A DNA stretch of 63,282 bases, counting the filler, from Chthonomonadaceae bacterium (GTDB lineage: Bacteria; Armatimonadota; Chthonomonadetes; Chthonomonadales; Chthonomonadaceae): the NCBI GenBank assembly GCA_035650735.1. It is 4 parts of 4 records of this genome, joined end to end, with 100 filler letters (N's around TTAATTAATTAA, not from the genome) between each part and the next. Parts side by side here need not be neighbours in the genome. Positions count along the whole stretch, not along the records: positions 22,103 to 52,145 come from DASRGZ010000174.1; positions 52,246 to 58,830 come from DASRGZ010000181.1; positions 58,931 to 63,282 come from DASRGZ010000187.1; 1 more part is not named here. One strand, written 5' to 3'. This document shows positions 51,330 through 60,276 of this stretch, piece by piece. The position numbers were made by a program, and so were the translations under genes. Position 1 is the stretch's first letter; every line of letters starts with the position of its first letter. The notes under the pieces are model-generated. The model ran no database searches, was not told the DNA's origin, and was given only the letters and a program-made list of their open reading frames with translations.

Positions 51330-51533
51330 TTTACCTTGTTACCTTACACTACTGAACTTACTTCTGCCCTGGAGCGTAAGAGTAGACAATAATCAGCCTG
51401 TCGTCTCTCTAGATTCGCCATCGGGAAAGCAGGAACCGGGACGGTCTCTGTCCAAAAAGAGAGAACTACCGGGTCGCTAGATTTGCCTCCCCCCGCAAAC
51501 GAGGACGCGGTAAATGCTCTCCCGAGGGAATCT

Positions 51534-52145
51534 ATGGCTGTACCAAGCGAGGACGCAGCAGGCGCTGAAGAAAGCGGCGGGACGGGCCCACCTTTACAGA
51601 TCGCCGTGCTGGTCTCCGGGCATGGGCGCGGGACGAACCTGGGCGCTCTGCTCGACGCCTGCGCCTCCGGCCAGATCGCGGGCCATATCGCTGTGGTTAT
51701 CGGCACGCGCGCGGACGCTCCGGCCCTGGAACGGGCGCGCGCTGCAGGCGCGCGCACCGTTGTTGTCTCTCCACGTAAATACGCAGAAAATGAGGCCGGC
51801 TACGCCGACGCGCTGCTGCGCGTTCTGGCCGCCCATCACACCGGACTGATCTGCCTGGCAGGTTATATGCGTAAGCTGCCCTCACAGGTCGTCACGGCCT
51901 ACCGGGGGCGGATTATGAACGTGCATCCGGCGCTCCTGCCCCTGTTTGGCGGGCACGGCATGTATGGCGAGCATGTGCATCGCGCCGTTCTGGAGAGCGG
52001 CATGAAGGTTTCAGGCTGTACCGTGCATTTCGTGGATGAGCAGTATGACACCGGCCCGATCATTCTCCAGACCGCCGTTCCCGTCCTGGATACGGACACC
52101 CCGGAGACGCTGGCGGCGCGGGTCTTGCCGGAGGAGCACCGGGTC
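51534..52145 (+). CDS. purN: Phosphoribosylglycinamide formyltransferase, 3'-truncated by the contig end
   Basis: SG.GRGTNL, LAGYM, NVHPALLP.FGG, GCTVHFVD..YDTGPII. Confidence 0.93.
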
Positions 52146-52245
52146 NNNNNNNNNNNNNNNNNNNNNNNNNNNNNNNNNNNNNNNNNNNNTTAATTAATTA
52201 ANNNNNNNNNNNNNNNNNNNNNNNNNNNNNNNNNNNNNNNNNNNN
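52146..52245. other. Artificial contig spacer
   Basis: N-run with TTAATTAATTAA. Confidence 0.99.
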
Positions 52246-52409
52246 CGGTCGGTTCCTGGATGAGGTCTATCAGCACAAGCGCATCCACTCGTCGTTAGGC
52301 TACCTGACGCCCGCTGAGTTCGAGAGCCAGTGGCTTCGAGAGCAGACCCAAAGCGTCAGGCTTCAAAATCAAACGCCCTAAAGGTGCCCAACTTTAGGGG
52401 ACAAGTACA
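52246..52409 (+). mobile_element. Right end of an IS3-family element
   Basis: Transposase tail [20 protein letters not shown]; terminal GTGCCCAACTTTAGGGGACAAGTACA ending in CA. Confidence 0.82.
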
Positions 52410-52710
52410 CTCCTCGGTCTATCTGGTCGTCTATGGAGTAGCCATCCATTGCCTGCCCGACAGTGCTGACGCGCACATAGACCACATCATACTTTTCCAC
52501 CAATATCTGCTTCCGCTTACCCGCGATATAACGCCACTCCAAAACCTTCTTCGGTTTCAGGCCGATGCCTTTGCCATCAATGTTCACATATGTGAAGACG
52601 GGAGTGGCACAGAACGGAGCGTAATCAGAGTCGGGAAAGAGCCAAGCGCGTTCCGGCTCCAGCTCCTTGACCATCGCCTGGATGTCTGTAATAGTAGGTG
52701 CGTTGTTCAT
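52410..52710 (-). pseudogene. Serine recombinase N-terminus interrupted by IS3
   Basis: YVRVSTVGQAMDGYSIDDQI catalytic-Ser motif; AAGGAGG RBS; lower GC. Confidence 0.75.
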
Positions 52711-52763
52711 GGTAGTCAGCCCTCCTTATGTGGTTATTCCACAGGACTGCTACCCCTATGATG

Positions 52764-53402
52764 TCAGACCTTCATCCAGAAGTGGCCGTAGTTGTAGATG
52801 AGGACGCGGCGCGTCTCGTTGGTGCGGTTGTTGAGGGCGGCGTGATAGATGCGCCTGTTAAAGAGATAGGCGGTGCCGGCAGGATGGCTCATGCGAACGT
52901 GGCCGGGCATCTCGTCCGGGTTCTCCACGCGCGGATAGCGGAAATCGAGCGGGTAGCGGTGCGAGCCAGGAAGGAGCGCCGTCCCGCCGCCGTCCGGGGG
53001 CACATCGCTGAGCAGGTAGAAGACCTTGACCATCAGCGTAGAGCGTGGATGATAGACGCCAGCCTGGCCGACATCGTGATGCCAGAGGGCGTGGCTACTG
53101 GTCTGCGGCGGCGAGATATAGTAGTCGTTGTCAATCATGGAGACGTCGTCGCCAAGCAGCTCCTAGACAATGGGAAAGACCCTCGGATGGATAAGCAGAT
53201 TTAGCAGGATATCGTCATACTCGATGGGGCACTGTATCTGCTCCAGATTAGGGTTGCGCAATCCGGGGCGTGTCGGGTCGGCCCGCCAGAGGGCTTCGGC
53301 GCGGTCGGCGGCGCGCACGCTGGCTAACTCGGCTGAGGAAAGCGCGTTCGGAATTACCAGATAGCCGTTCGTTTCATAAAATAATCACTGATCATCTGTC
53401 AT
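52764..53402 (-). pseudogene. Phytanoyl-CoA dioxygenase-family pseudogene
   Basis: FYETNGYLV, WHHD, PGSH, YHA..N..R; in-frame stops at 53385-53387 and 53163-53165. Confidence 0.8.
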
Positions 53403-53488
53403 GGCGGACATTGCCGTTCTTATCCTCTCCGGTCTGCTGGATGCTTACCTCTCCAGTGTACCGCTAAGTGCAAGACGGCGCCAATGGC

Positions 53489-53587
53489 CGCATAGGTGCA
53501 CAAGCGAGGACTGAGATGGCCAAAGCCCGCGCGGGAGCGTACGCGGGCGCGCGCGTCGCATAGGCGCACAAGCGAGGACTGAATGGC
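53489..53587. repeat. About 31-bp imperfect direct repeat
   Basis: CGCATAGG(T/C)GCACAAGCGAGGACTGA(G)ATGGC at 53489 and 53557. Confidence 0.75.
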
Positions 53588-53626
53588 TCTCATTTGAGCA
53601 CGGCGGAGATACATGGCACACATTGC

Positions 53627-55369
53627 CTAAACGGAACCCTCTCTCTCCTCCTCTGCCTCCTGGCGATAGCGGCGTTGCCGTATCTCCTCGATGTAGGCGT
53701 CCACCTCTGGATCGGCAAAGCCCAGTCGGTCAAGAGCCTGGCGGATCATTTCCGTGCCGGCCTCGAACTCCGCATGGATCACAGCTTCGGCCCCGGCCTG
53801 CCGCATCCTGGAGATGTCCTGCCCCCGATGCACGCGCGCTACCACAGGTAGGTCGGGAGCAGAGTGTCTCAACGTCCGCACCGCCATTTCCGTGACAGCG
53901 GCCTCCGGCAGCGCCACGACCGCCAGCTCCAGGTGCTGAGGCTGTGTCTGCGCCAGCACGATTTCGGAGGAGGCATCGCCGTAGATCACCCCTACCTGCG
54001 CCGCGCGCACGCCTTCCAGCGCTTCCGCGTCGTAGTCTACGACGACATGGGGGACGCTCTTGGCTCGGAGCGCGTCGGAGACGTAGCGGCCTACGCGCCC
54101 ATAGCCCAGCACCAGCACCCGCGCCGCGGAACGCGCCTCATCAAGCGGCGGCGTTTCTGCGGCAGGGTGCCGATGGAGCCATCGGGCGAGCGCGGGGATA
54201 CGATTCAGGCGTTTGTAGAGCGGATCGGCAGCCTGATACAGAAACGGAGCCAGCAGCAGGGTGATGAGCGCGGCGGACAGAATGACATGGGATATCTCGC
54301 CCGGTATCAGGCCGCGCGCGCTGCCCACGGTCGCCAGCACGAACGAAAACTCTCCGATCTGGGCCAGCCCTAATCCTGCCAGTACCGCCGTGCGTCCATG
54401 CCAGCCCAATGCGTAGACGGCGAGGCAGGCGATGAGCGACTTTCCCAGCACGATGGCCGCAACCACCAGGGCCACTTCCTGCCAGTGGCGGGCGACAAAC
54501 CCTGGGTCGAGCAGCATCCCGACGGAGACGAAGAAGAGCGCGGCGAACACGTCCCGCAGGGGACGCACCTGCGAGAACACATCGTGGGCGTAGTCGCTCT
54601 CCGAGAGGACGATGCCTGCCAGGAATGCCCCGATTTCCAGTCCCAGCCCCGCGTAGTCCGCTCCTATGGCCGCCAGCAGGCAGAGGCAGAGGGCGGTGAG
54701 CAGGAACAACTCCCGCGATCCCATCCGAGCAACCTGGTGCAGCAGGATAGGCACGCCCCTCATCGCCAGCAGGAGCGTGACGCCCACGAGCAAGAGAGCG
54801 CGCAGGAGTGCGCCCGCCACACCCAGGAGCGCCCCGGCCCCCTGCGCAGACAGGGAGGCCAGCGCCGGTAAGAGGACGATCATCAGTACCAGCGACAGGT
54901 CCTGGACGATGAGGATGCCGAGCATGACGCCCCCGTGCCGGGTTCCCAGTTCCCCGCGCTCTTCCAGCACCTTCATCATCACCGCCGTGGAGGACAGCGC
55001 CAGCGCACAGCCCAGGAAGACGCCGCCATAGACGCCCCAGCCGAGGGCTAACCCGACCAGCAGTCCCAGCAGGATGGTTCCCAGGATTTGCCCCCCGCCG
55101 CCCAAGACCGCCGTGCGCCAGAGGGCGCGCAGTTGCTGGAGGGAGAAGTGGACGCCGACCGCGAACATCAGCAAGGCGACGCCCAACTCCGCTACCGACC
55201 CAACCGCCTCGGTCTTGGCGACAATCCCTGGCGTATGGGGGCCGACCACGATTCCCGCTGCCAGATATCCGATCAGCACCGGCAGGCGCAAGGCGCGCGC
55301 CAGCAGGCCGCCGAGGAGGGCGGCAACCAGGGCAACGCCGAGGTCAATCAGAAAGTTATGTCCGCTCAT
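53627..55369 (-). CDS. CPA2 cation:proton antiporter with TrkA-N domain (YbaL/KefB-like)
   Basis: ALSSTAV, LIVQD, GAFLAG, LAQIGEFSF, GYGRVG. Confidence 0.92.
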   Translation of the reverse strand: MSGHNFLIDLGVALVAALLGGLLARALRLPVLIGYLAAGIVVGPHTPGIVAKTEAVGSVAELGVALLMFAVGVHFSLQQLRALWRTAVLGGGGQILGTILLGLLVGLALGWGVYGGVFLGCALALSSTAVMMKVLEERGELGTRHGGVMLGILIVQDLSLVLMIVLLPALASLSAQGAGALLGVAGALLRALLLVGVTLLLAMRGVPILLHQVARMGSRELFLLTALCLCLLAAIGADYAGLGLEIGAFLAGIVLSESDYAHDVFSQVRPLRDVFAALFFVSVGMLLDPGFVARHWQEVALVVAAIVLGKSLIACLAVYALGWHGRTAVLAGLGLAQIGEFSFVLATVGSARGLIPGEISHVILSAALITLLLAPFLYQAADPLYKRLNRIPALARWLHRHPAAETPPLDEARSAARVLVLGYGRVGRYVSDALRAKSVPHVVVDYDAEALEGVRAAQVGVIYGDASSEIVLAQTQPQHLELAVVALPEAAVTEMAVRTLRHSAPDLPVVARVHRGQDISRMRQAGAEAVIHAEFEAGTEMIRQALDRLGFADPEVDAYIEEIRQRRYRQEAEEEREGSV

Positions 55370-55584
55370 GGGCTGGCTCCCTCCCTCGTGGGCATAGCCG
55401 TTCCGAATAGCCACTGCCCTGCCACCAACAGGAGCGCCATAACCACTATCAGCAGAACCCACCAGAGGAGGCAGCTCCCCAGTCCGCCCGTCGCGCCCGG
55501 CGTCCAGCCGCACTTGGGACAGCGGGCGACGTAGCGGCTGATAAGATTGCCGCATCCCCAGCAGCGTTGATACTCCTGGGCCAT
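55366..55584 (-). CDS. Small zinc-ribbon membrane protein
   Basis: CWGC..CPKCG followed by a TM helix; coupled to both neighbours. Confidence 0.65.
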   Translation of the reverse strand: MAQEYQRCWGCGNLISRYVARCPKCGWTPGATGGLGSCLLWWVLLIVVMALLLVAGQWLFGTAMPTREGASP

Positions 55585-55585
55585 T

Positions 55586-55846
55586 TCACCTCTCCCGCTC
55601 CCGCTGCCGTTCCGCCTCCATGCGACGGCGGACTTCCTCTTCGATTTTGGCCCGGAGGCCTGCCTCGCGCTCCGCCTCGGCCTGGCGGCTCGGCTCCTCC
55701 TCACCGCTCATTCCGCGCTTCAGTTCGCGCATTCCTTGTCCTAGCCCGCGCATTATCTCTGGAATTTTGTTGGCTCCGAACAATACCAGGATGACCAGAG
55801 CAATGAGGAGCAGGTCGTTCGTGCTGTTGATAAATGCCAGGTTCAT
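55586..55846 (-). CDS. tatA: Twin-arginine translocase TatA/TatE subunit
   Basis: LVLFGANKIPEIMRGLGQGMRELK. Confidence 0.9.
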   Translation of the reverse strand: MNLAFINSTNDLLLIALVILVLFGANKIPEIMRGLGQGMRELKRGMSGEEEPSRQAEAEREAGLRAKIEEEVRRRMEAERQRERER

Positions 55847-55964
55847 GGAATGTTTCCTTCCAGGGTTGGGGCCGCTTACAGCTCTCTGGACGCAAGCGAA
55901 GGCAGCCCGGCCTCCGACTGGGGAGGCGCGGGCGAATAGCGCTGTTGGATCGGGTTATCCGATG

Positions 55965-56330
55965 TCAGAGAAGGGAAGGAGGAGCGCGCGGCGAGGAGGG
56001 ACTGCCGCCCCTGCGTGCGAGAAGCAGGGAGGGCTGGGTCTGGCACAGCACGACGCGCGAGATCACGTTCGGGCGAGGCTGCCAGGGACAAGCCAGGGAC
56101 AGAACCCCTTTGCCTCCGGCCTTGCGCATCGGAGGCGATGGCTGGAGGCAGGAGACGATGCGTTGGGCGTGTTCGATGGTAACGGGAGGATCGGCCGCGG
56201 TGTCAACGCAGGTTGCGACCGCCTGGAAAGAAGGCGGGGGTTCAGGGCGCGGCAGGGCGGGCGCAGATGGGGCTTGGATGCACACCACCCAGAGGATCAG
56301 GGTGAAGACCAACCATCGGGTCGAAGTCAT
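55965..56330 (-). CDS. Hypothetical protein
   Basis: Signal-like N-terminus, RAPP C-terminus; weak support. Confidence 0.35.
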   Translation of the reverse strand: MTSTRWLVFTLILWVVCIQAPSAPALPRPEPPPSFQAVATCVDTAADPPVTIEHAQRIVSCLQPSPPMRKAGGKGVLSLACPWQPRPNVISRVVLCQTQPSLLLARRGGSPSSPRAPPSLL

Positions 56331-56367
56331 ATTTTATTGTACCTGATGCAAGGGGGGCGCTACCATT

Positions 56368-56530
56368 TCCGCCCACGTAGATGGGCGGCAGGCCTCGCTA
56401 GGCGGCGGGCCGAACCGTTATAGGCCCGACCCTGACGCGGCAGGCTGAACCCTGCCGCTGTGGGGCCTACGGCCAGTTGACTGCTAGGGTCGGCGCTCAA
56501 CGGTTCGCGCCTCCGCCTAGCGAGGCCTAC
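56368..56530. repeat. Mosaic repeat with two GA-hairpin modules in opposite orientations
   Basis: GCTAGGCGGC..CGACCCTG and reverse-complement GCTAGGCGGAGGCGCGAACCGTTGAGCGCCGACCCTAGCAG. Confidence 0.75.
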
Positions 56531-56987
56531 GCAGGCAGAAAGCCTCGCCGTCCGTGTCGGGCCGCTGATTCAGCACAAGCCAGTACAATCCCAGCGTCTT
56601 GACCATCTCCAGCATTTCGGCGGGGGCAACGGGCTTCACCAAAAACGAGTTGGCGCACAGGTCATAGGCCCGCTGAATGTCGGCGTTTTCACGGGAGGAG
56701 GTCAGCACGACAACGGGCAGATTATGCAGGTGCGGCTGCCCCCGCATCCATTCCAGCACCTCTAATCCCGACCTGCGCGGCAGTTTCAGGTCCAGCAGAA
56801 TGACGACCGGGAGGGGATAGTGTTCCCGGTCCGCATAGACGCCCTCCCCGGCAAGATAGGCTACGGCGGCGTCGCCGTCGGTGACGACCTGTACCGGATT
56901 GACAAGGTTGGCCTTGCGGAATGCGCGCTGGATCAGCAGCACATCGTTGGGATCATCTTCCACCAGCAGAATCGTAGGCTGCGCCAT
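56517..56987 (-). CDS. Single-domain response regulator (Rcp1-like)
   Basis: LLVEDD, LLDLKLPRRSG, LTSS, ANSFLVKP. Confidence 0.92.
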   Translation of the reverse strand: MAQPTILLVEDDPNDVLLIQRAFRKANLVNPVQVVTDGDAAVAYLAGEGVYADREHYPLPVVILLDLKLPRRSGLEVLEWMRGQPHLHNLPVVVLTSSRENADIQRAYDLCANSFLVKPVAPAEMLEMVKTLGLYWLVLNQRPDTDGEAFCLRRPR

Positions 56988-57074
56988 TTATGTCTCCTTG
57001 CAGGGCAAGCGCCTCTTCCTCTCATTGTTAATGTGCTCGATTGGCTTGAGGTCATAGCAAAATTAGTTGATGCG

Positions 57075-57891
57075 CTAGCCCTGCATCTCCTTGCTTTTCG
57101 CTTGCGGCAACTCGATCCAGAAGCGGCTGCTCTGCCTGCCTTCGCGCGGTGATGTCCTGCCATACTCCATACAGGCACAGGCGCCCATCGTAGTGGACAC
57201 GCCGGGCCGTCACCAGGACGTTACGCACTTCTCCGCTCTTGCTTCGATGCTGGGTTTCGAACTCTACGGTATCCGAGCTTTGCGCTATGAACTGCGCGAG
57301 CTCGAGAATTTTCTGGCGGTTGTAGACGGCCTGGATGTCTGTCACCGTAAGCCGGGCGAACTCCTCAGGCGTATAACCCAGGTTGGCGCAGGCCGCATCG
57401 TTGAAGGCGACGAAAGAGGCATCCTCGGGGGCAACGACAACGACGCCCACGGGCAAGGTATCGAACAGGGCGTGGTACTTGAGGGCGCTGGCCTGCAACT
57501 CCTGCACGGCCTGCTTCGACTCGGTAAGGTCCTAGAGAATGGCGACCACGCCGGGCACGGCCCGATTGCCTGCCCGGTCAGGCTCATTAGGAAGCCCGAA
57601 TGATGCGGGGGCCAAGCAGGGGAAAGGTCATCTCCGTCTCGTAGGCGACTTCCTGCCCGGCAAGACTGGCATCCATATAAGGCTTCATGGCCTGGTAGGC
57701 TTCCGCGCCGACAATTTCTCGGACAGAACGACCGACGACCTCCTGTGGCAGTCGGCCCAAATATGTGGCAAAGGCTCGGTTGACGAAGAGGCACCGTTCC
57801 TGTCTATCCAGGTGGGCGACGAGTGCCGCGGCATGTTCGGTAATGGACAGCACCGGGTTGATGGCATCGGTAACGGGGCGGCCTCACTCAT
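57075..57891 (-). pseudogene. PAS-PAS sensor histidine kinase remnant
   Basis: Two PAS segments with frameshifts and a TAG at 57532; DITARRQAE joined directly to the HATPase tail SRFWIELP. Confidence 0.75.
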
Positions 57892-58072
57892 GGTTTTGAC
57901 CGTAGCCTTTCTGGGAATGTACGGGTCATTCTGACTTTCTGGGCTACAGGATTAGACTTAGCTCCTGACCGCCTTCAATCGCTCCACGTTTCCCTTGCTA
58001 GACCAGAGCGGGAACCGAGGAGGACATCGGGGCGTCTACCCGGCAAGCCGATGGGCTTGGGAGGGACATACC

Positions 58073-58723
58073 ATGATACGAATACACACCATAACACGGT
58101 TGCTTATAATTCTTCTGTTGGCGGTTTCGGTTCCTGCCTCCCTCTGCCGCGCCTCTGTGGAGCCGGAGTTGACGATGGCGGTGCGGAACAAAGACTTGCG
58201 GCAGGTACGGTTGCTGCTCTCCGAAGGGGCCAACGTTAACGAACGAGACGAGGGGATGGAGCAGACGCCCTTGATGCGGGCGGTGCAGGTAGGGGATGCG
58301 GCCATCGTCCAGATATTGCTGGCTCATGGCGCGGAGGTGAACGCTCAGGACGATGCCGGGCAGACCGCCCTGATGTTCGCCGTCCGGAAAGGCGACACCC
58401 GGATCGCCCGTATTCTGCTGGAGAAGGGAGCGGACGCCGATCTACCAGATGCCGCAGGAGCGACCGCCCGGGCGATAGCGCGGGAGCGCGGACAAGGCTC
58501 ACTCGTCAGCCTGCTCCACCATCAGAGAGCCTTTCACTCTAAGAGGCGGCCTTCGCCGCCAGACGCGCCTTCTCCTCTTCCAACATCTGCTTCTGGATAC
58601 GCTCACGCTCCGGGACGACGCGCTCTCGTGGAGCCGTCGGATGGAAGTCCAGCCGCTCCACGCCCAGCCCACGCAGGATCGCTAGCTCGACCAGCGAGTA
58701 ATCGCTTGGATCAGGCCGGTTGA
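58073..58723 (+). CDS. Secreted ankyrin-repeat protein
   Basis: GANVN..TPLMRA, GAEVN..GQTALMFA; the tail runs antisense into the neighbour. Confidence 0.82.
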   Translation: MIRIHTITRLLIILLLAVSVPASLCRASVEPELTMAVRNKDLRQVRLLLSEGANVNERDEGMEQTPLMRAVQVGDAAIVQILLAHGAEVNAQDDAGQTALMFAVRKGDTRIARILLEKGADADLPDAAGATARAIARERGQGSLVSLLHHQRAFHSKRRPSPPDAPSPLPTSASGYAHAPGRRALVEPSDGSPAAPRPAHAGSLARPASNRLDQAG

Positions 58724-58830
58724 AATGCATCGGCTCCTTGAGGGCGACGGGCGGATTGGTCAGGAAGCGGGGCTTGCCCGATAGGTTCTGAGAGGAGGCG
58801 TGCAGGATGTAGGGATGCAGCAGGACGATG
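58539..58830 (-). CDS. 3' end of the dioxygenase-like gene at 22103-22843
   Basis: 58695-58830 identical to 22103-22238; continues to ..EEKARLAAKAAS*. Confidence 0.85.
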
Positions 58831-58930
58831 NNNNNNNNNNNNNNNNNNNNNNNNNNNNNNNNNNNNNNNNNNNNTTAATTAATTAANNNNNNNNNNNNNN
58901 NNNNNNNNNNNNNNNNNNNNNNNNNNNNNN
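58831..58930. other. Artificial contig spacer
   Basis: N-run with TTAATTAATTAA. Confidence 0.99.
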
Positions 58931-59086
58931 ACTGCCAGGGTCGGCAGGGTTACGGCCTCTGCCTCCGCCTTGCGACATCAACATCAAGGTGGAAGGATTG
59001 CGAATACTGGCCGTCGGCAGGGTTAGGGCCCCTGCCTCCGCCTTGCCACAGCCCTCCGCCTGGCGACACCTGCGCGGGCAATGGCC
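58931..59086 (-). repeat. 156-bp repeat, left arm of an inverted pair
   Basis: Reverse complement of 63117-63272 with 2 mismatches. Confidence 0.92.
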
Positions 59087-59124
59087 CCTTGAGAGGGGCG
59101 AACATCATTACACATGGGGAGCCA

Positions 59125-60246
59125 TCAGCCTTGCAGGTTGAAGACAACAAGCCGCTCGTTCTCCAGGAGGCAGTGGCACTGCGCGCGCAGATAGTGGCGA
59201 AGTTCGGTGTAATACTCCAGCCACCAGAACGCCTGCCACGCAAAGACGAGAAAGCGGATTCCCTCCTCGCGTCGGCACTCCAGTTCTTTGATCGCGGCGG
59301 CAGCGTCGCGGGGCGGGCCTCCGTACTCTCCGTTCTGCTCGGTAAAGGGGAGCGCCGGGCGGCCTGCCACCGAGCCGCCGGTCGCCCAGTTATCCTGATC
59401 GGCCAGCAGAAAGGCGGTTCCCTCCGGAATCAGCGCCCGGATGTCCTGCGCCGACAGGTAGAGCCGGTGATACCAGGAATCGCGTTTCCAGGACTCCGTA
59501 TCCACCTCGATTCCCTGGTTTCGGAAATAAGCGCTTAACTCCTGGCAGCACTGCTCCGCGTGCCGGAAGTCGCGCTCCAATCGCTTCTCGAAAGGCTTGC
59601 TCCCATAGGTATTGCCGTCGTGCAGGCGATAGTAGCCCTGCGGCTCGGAAAGGCGTGCGATGCGGCCCGATACTAGCGCCCAGGTCGCCAGGTAGGCATC
59701 GCCATAGCACTCCGGGGGAACCGGCAGAACGCTTTCCAGGAAGCAGCGCGCGTAGGCGTTCCCCGAAGTGGAGGGAAAGCTATACCCGAACGGGCCGGAA
59801 CGCGCCACCTTTTGCCGGTAATCACCATGCGGCAGAGCGGAGCCGGGATCGAGACGACCGGTTTTCCGGCCCCGCGCATCGGTCTTCCAGAGCGGCCAAT
59901 GCACCTTAACGACATTCGGATCATCGAAGAGCGGCATCGCGCGCTCGATGGCCGTAGGACAGAGCATATCGTCGGAGTCCAGCAGCAGAATAACCTGGCC
60001 CCGGCTCAACCCGCAGGCGTCGTTGTAGGTGGCTCTGCCTCCCGCGTTCTTCTCCCGCAATATCGGAATAATCCGATCCCTATAACTTCTGATAATCTCG
60101 CAGGAGTTATCCGTAGAGGCGTCGTCTACCACAAGGACCTCGATATGCGGATAGGTCTGGTTGAGCGCGCTCTCAATGCAGTCCCGGAGAAAGCACCCAT
60201 AGTTATAGCTGCTAATGATGATGCTTGCCAGCTTATCGCCGCTCAT
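59125..60246 (-). CDS. Glycosyltransferase family 2
   Basis: SIIISSYNY, VVDDASTD, LLDSDD, YRLH. Confidence 0.9.
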   Translation of the reverse strand: MSGDKLASIIISSYNYGCFLRDCIESALNQTYPHIEVLVVDDASTDNSCEIIRSYRDRIIPILREKNAGGRATYNDACGLSRGQVILLLDSDDMLCPTAIERAMPLFDDPNVVKVHWPLWKTDARGRKTGRLDPGSALPHGDYRQKVARSGPFGYSFPSTSGNAYARCFLESVLPVPPECYGDAYLATWALVSGRIARLSEPQGYYRLHDGNTYGSKPFEKRLERDFRHAEQCCQELSAYFRNQGIEVDTESWKRDSWYHRLYLSAQDIRALIPEGTAFLLADQDNWATGGSVAGRPALPFTEQNGEYGGPPRDAAAAIKELECRREEGIRFLVFAWQAFWWLEYYTELRHYLRAQCHCLLENERLVVFNLQG

Positions 60247-60276
60247 ACCTTGCTCCTTGCGACTCGGCTTGCGTGG

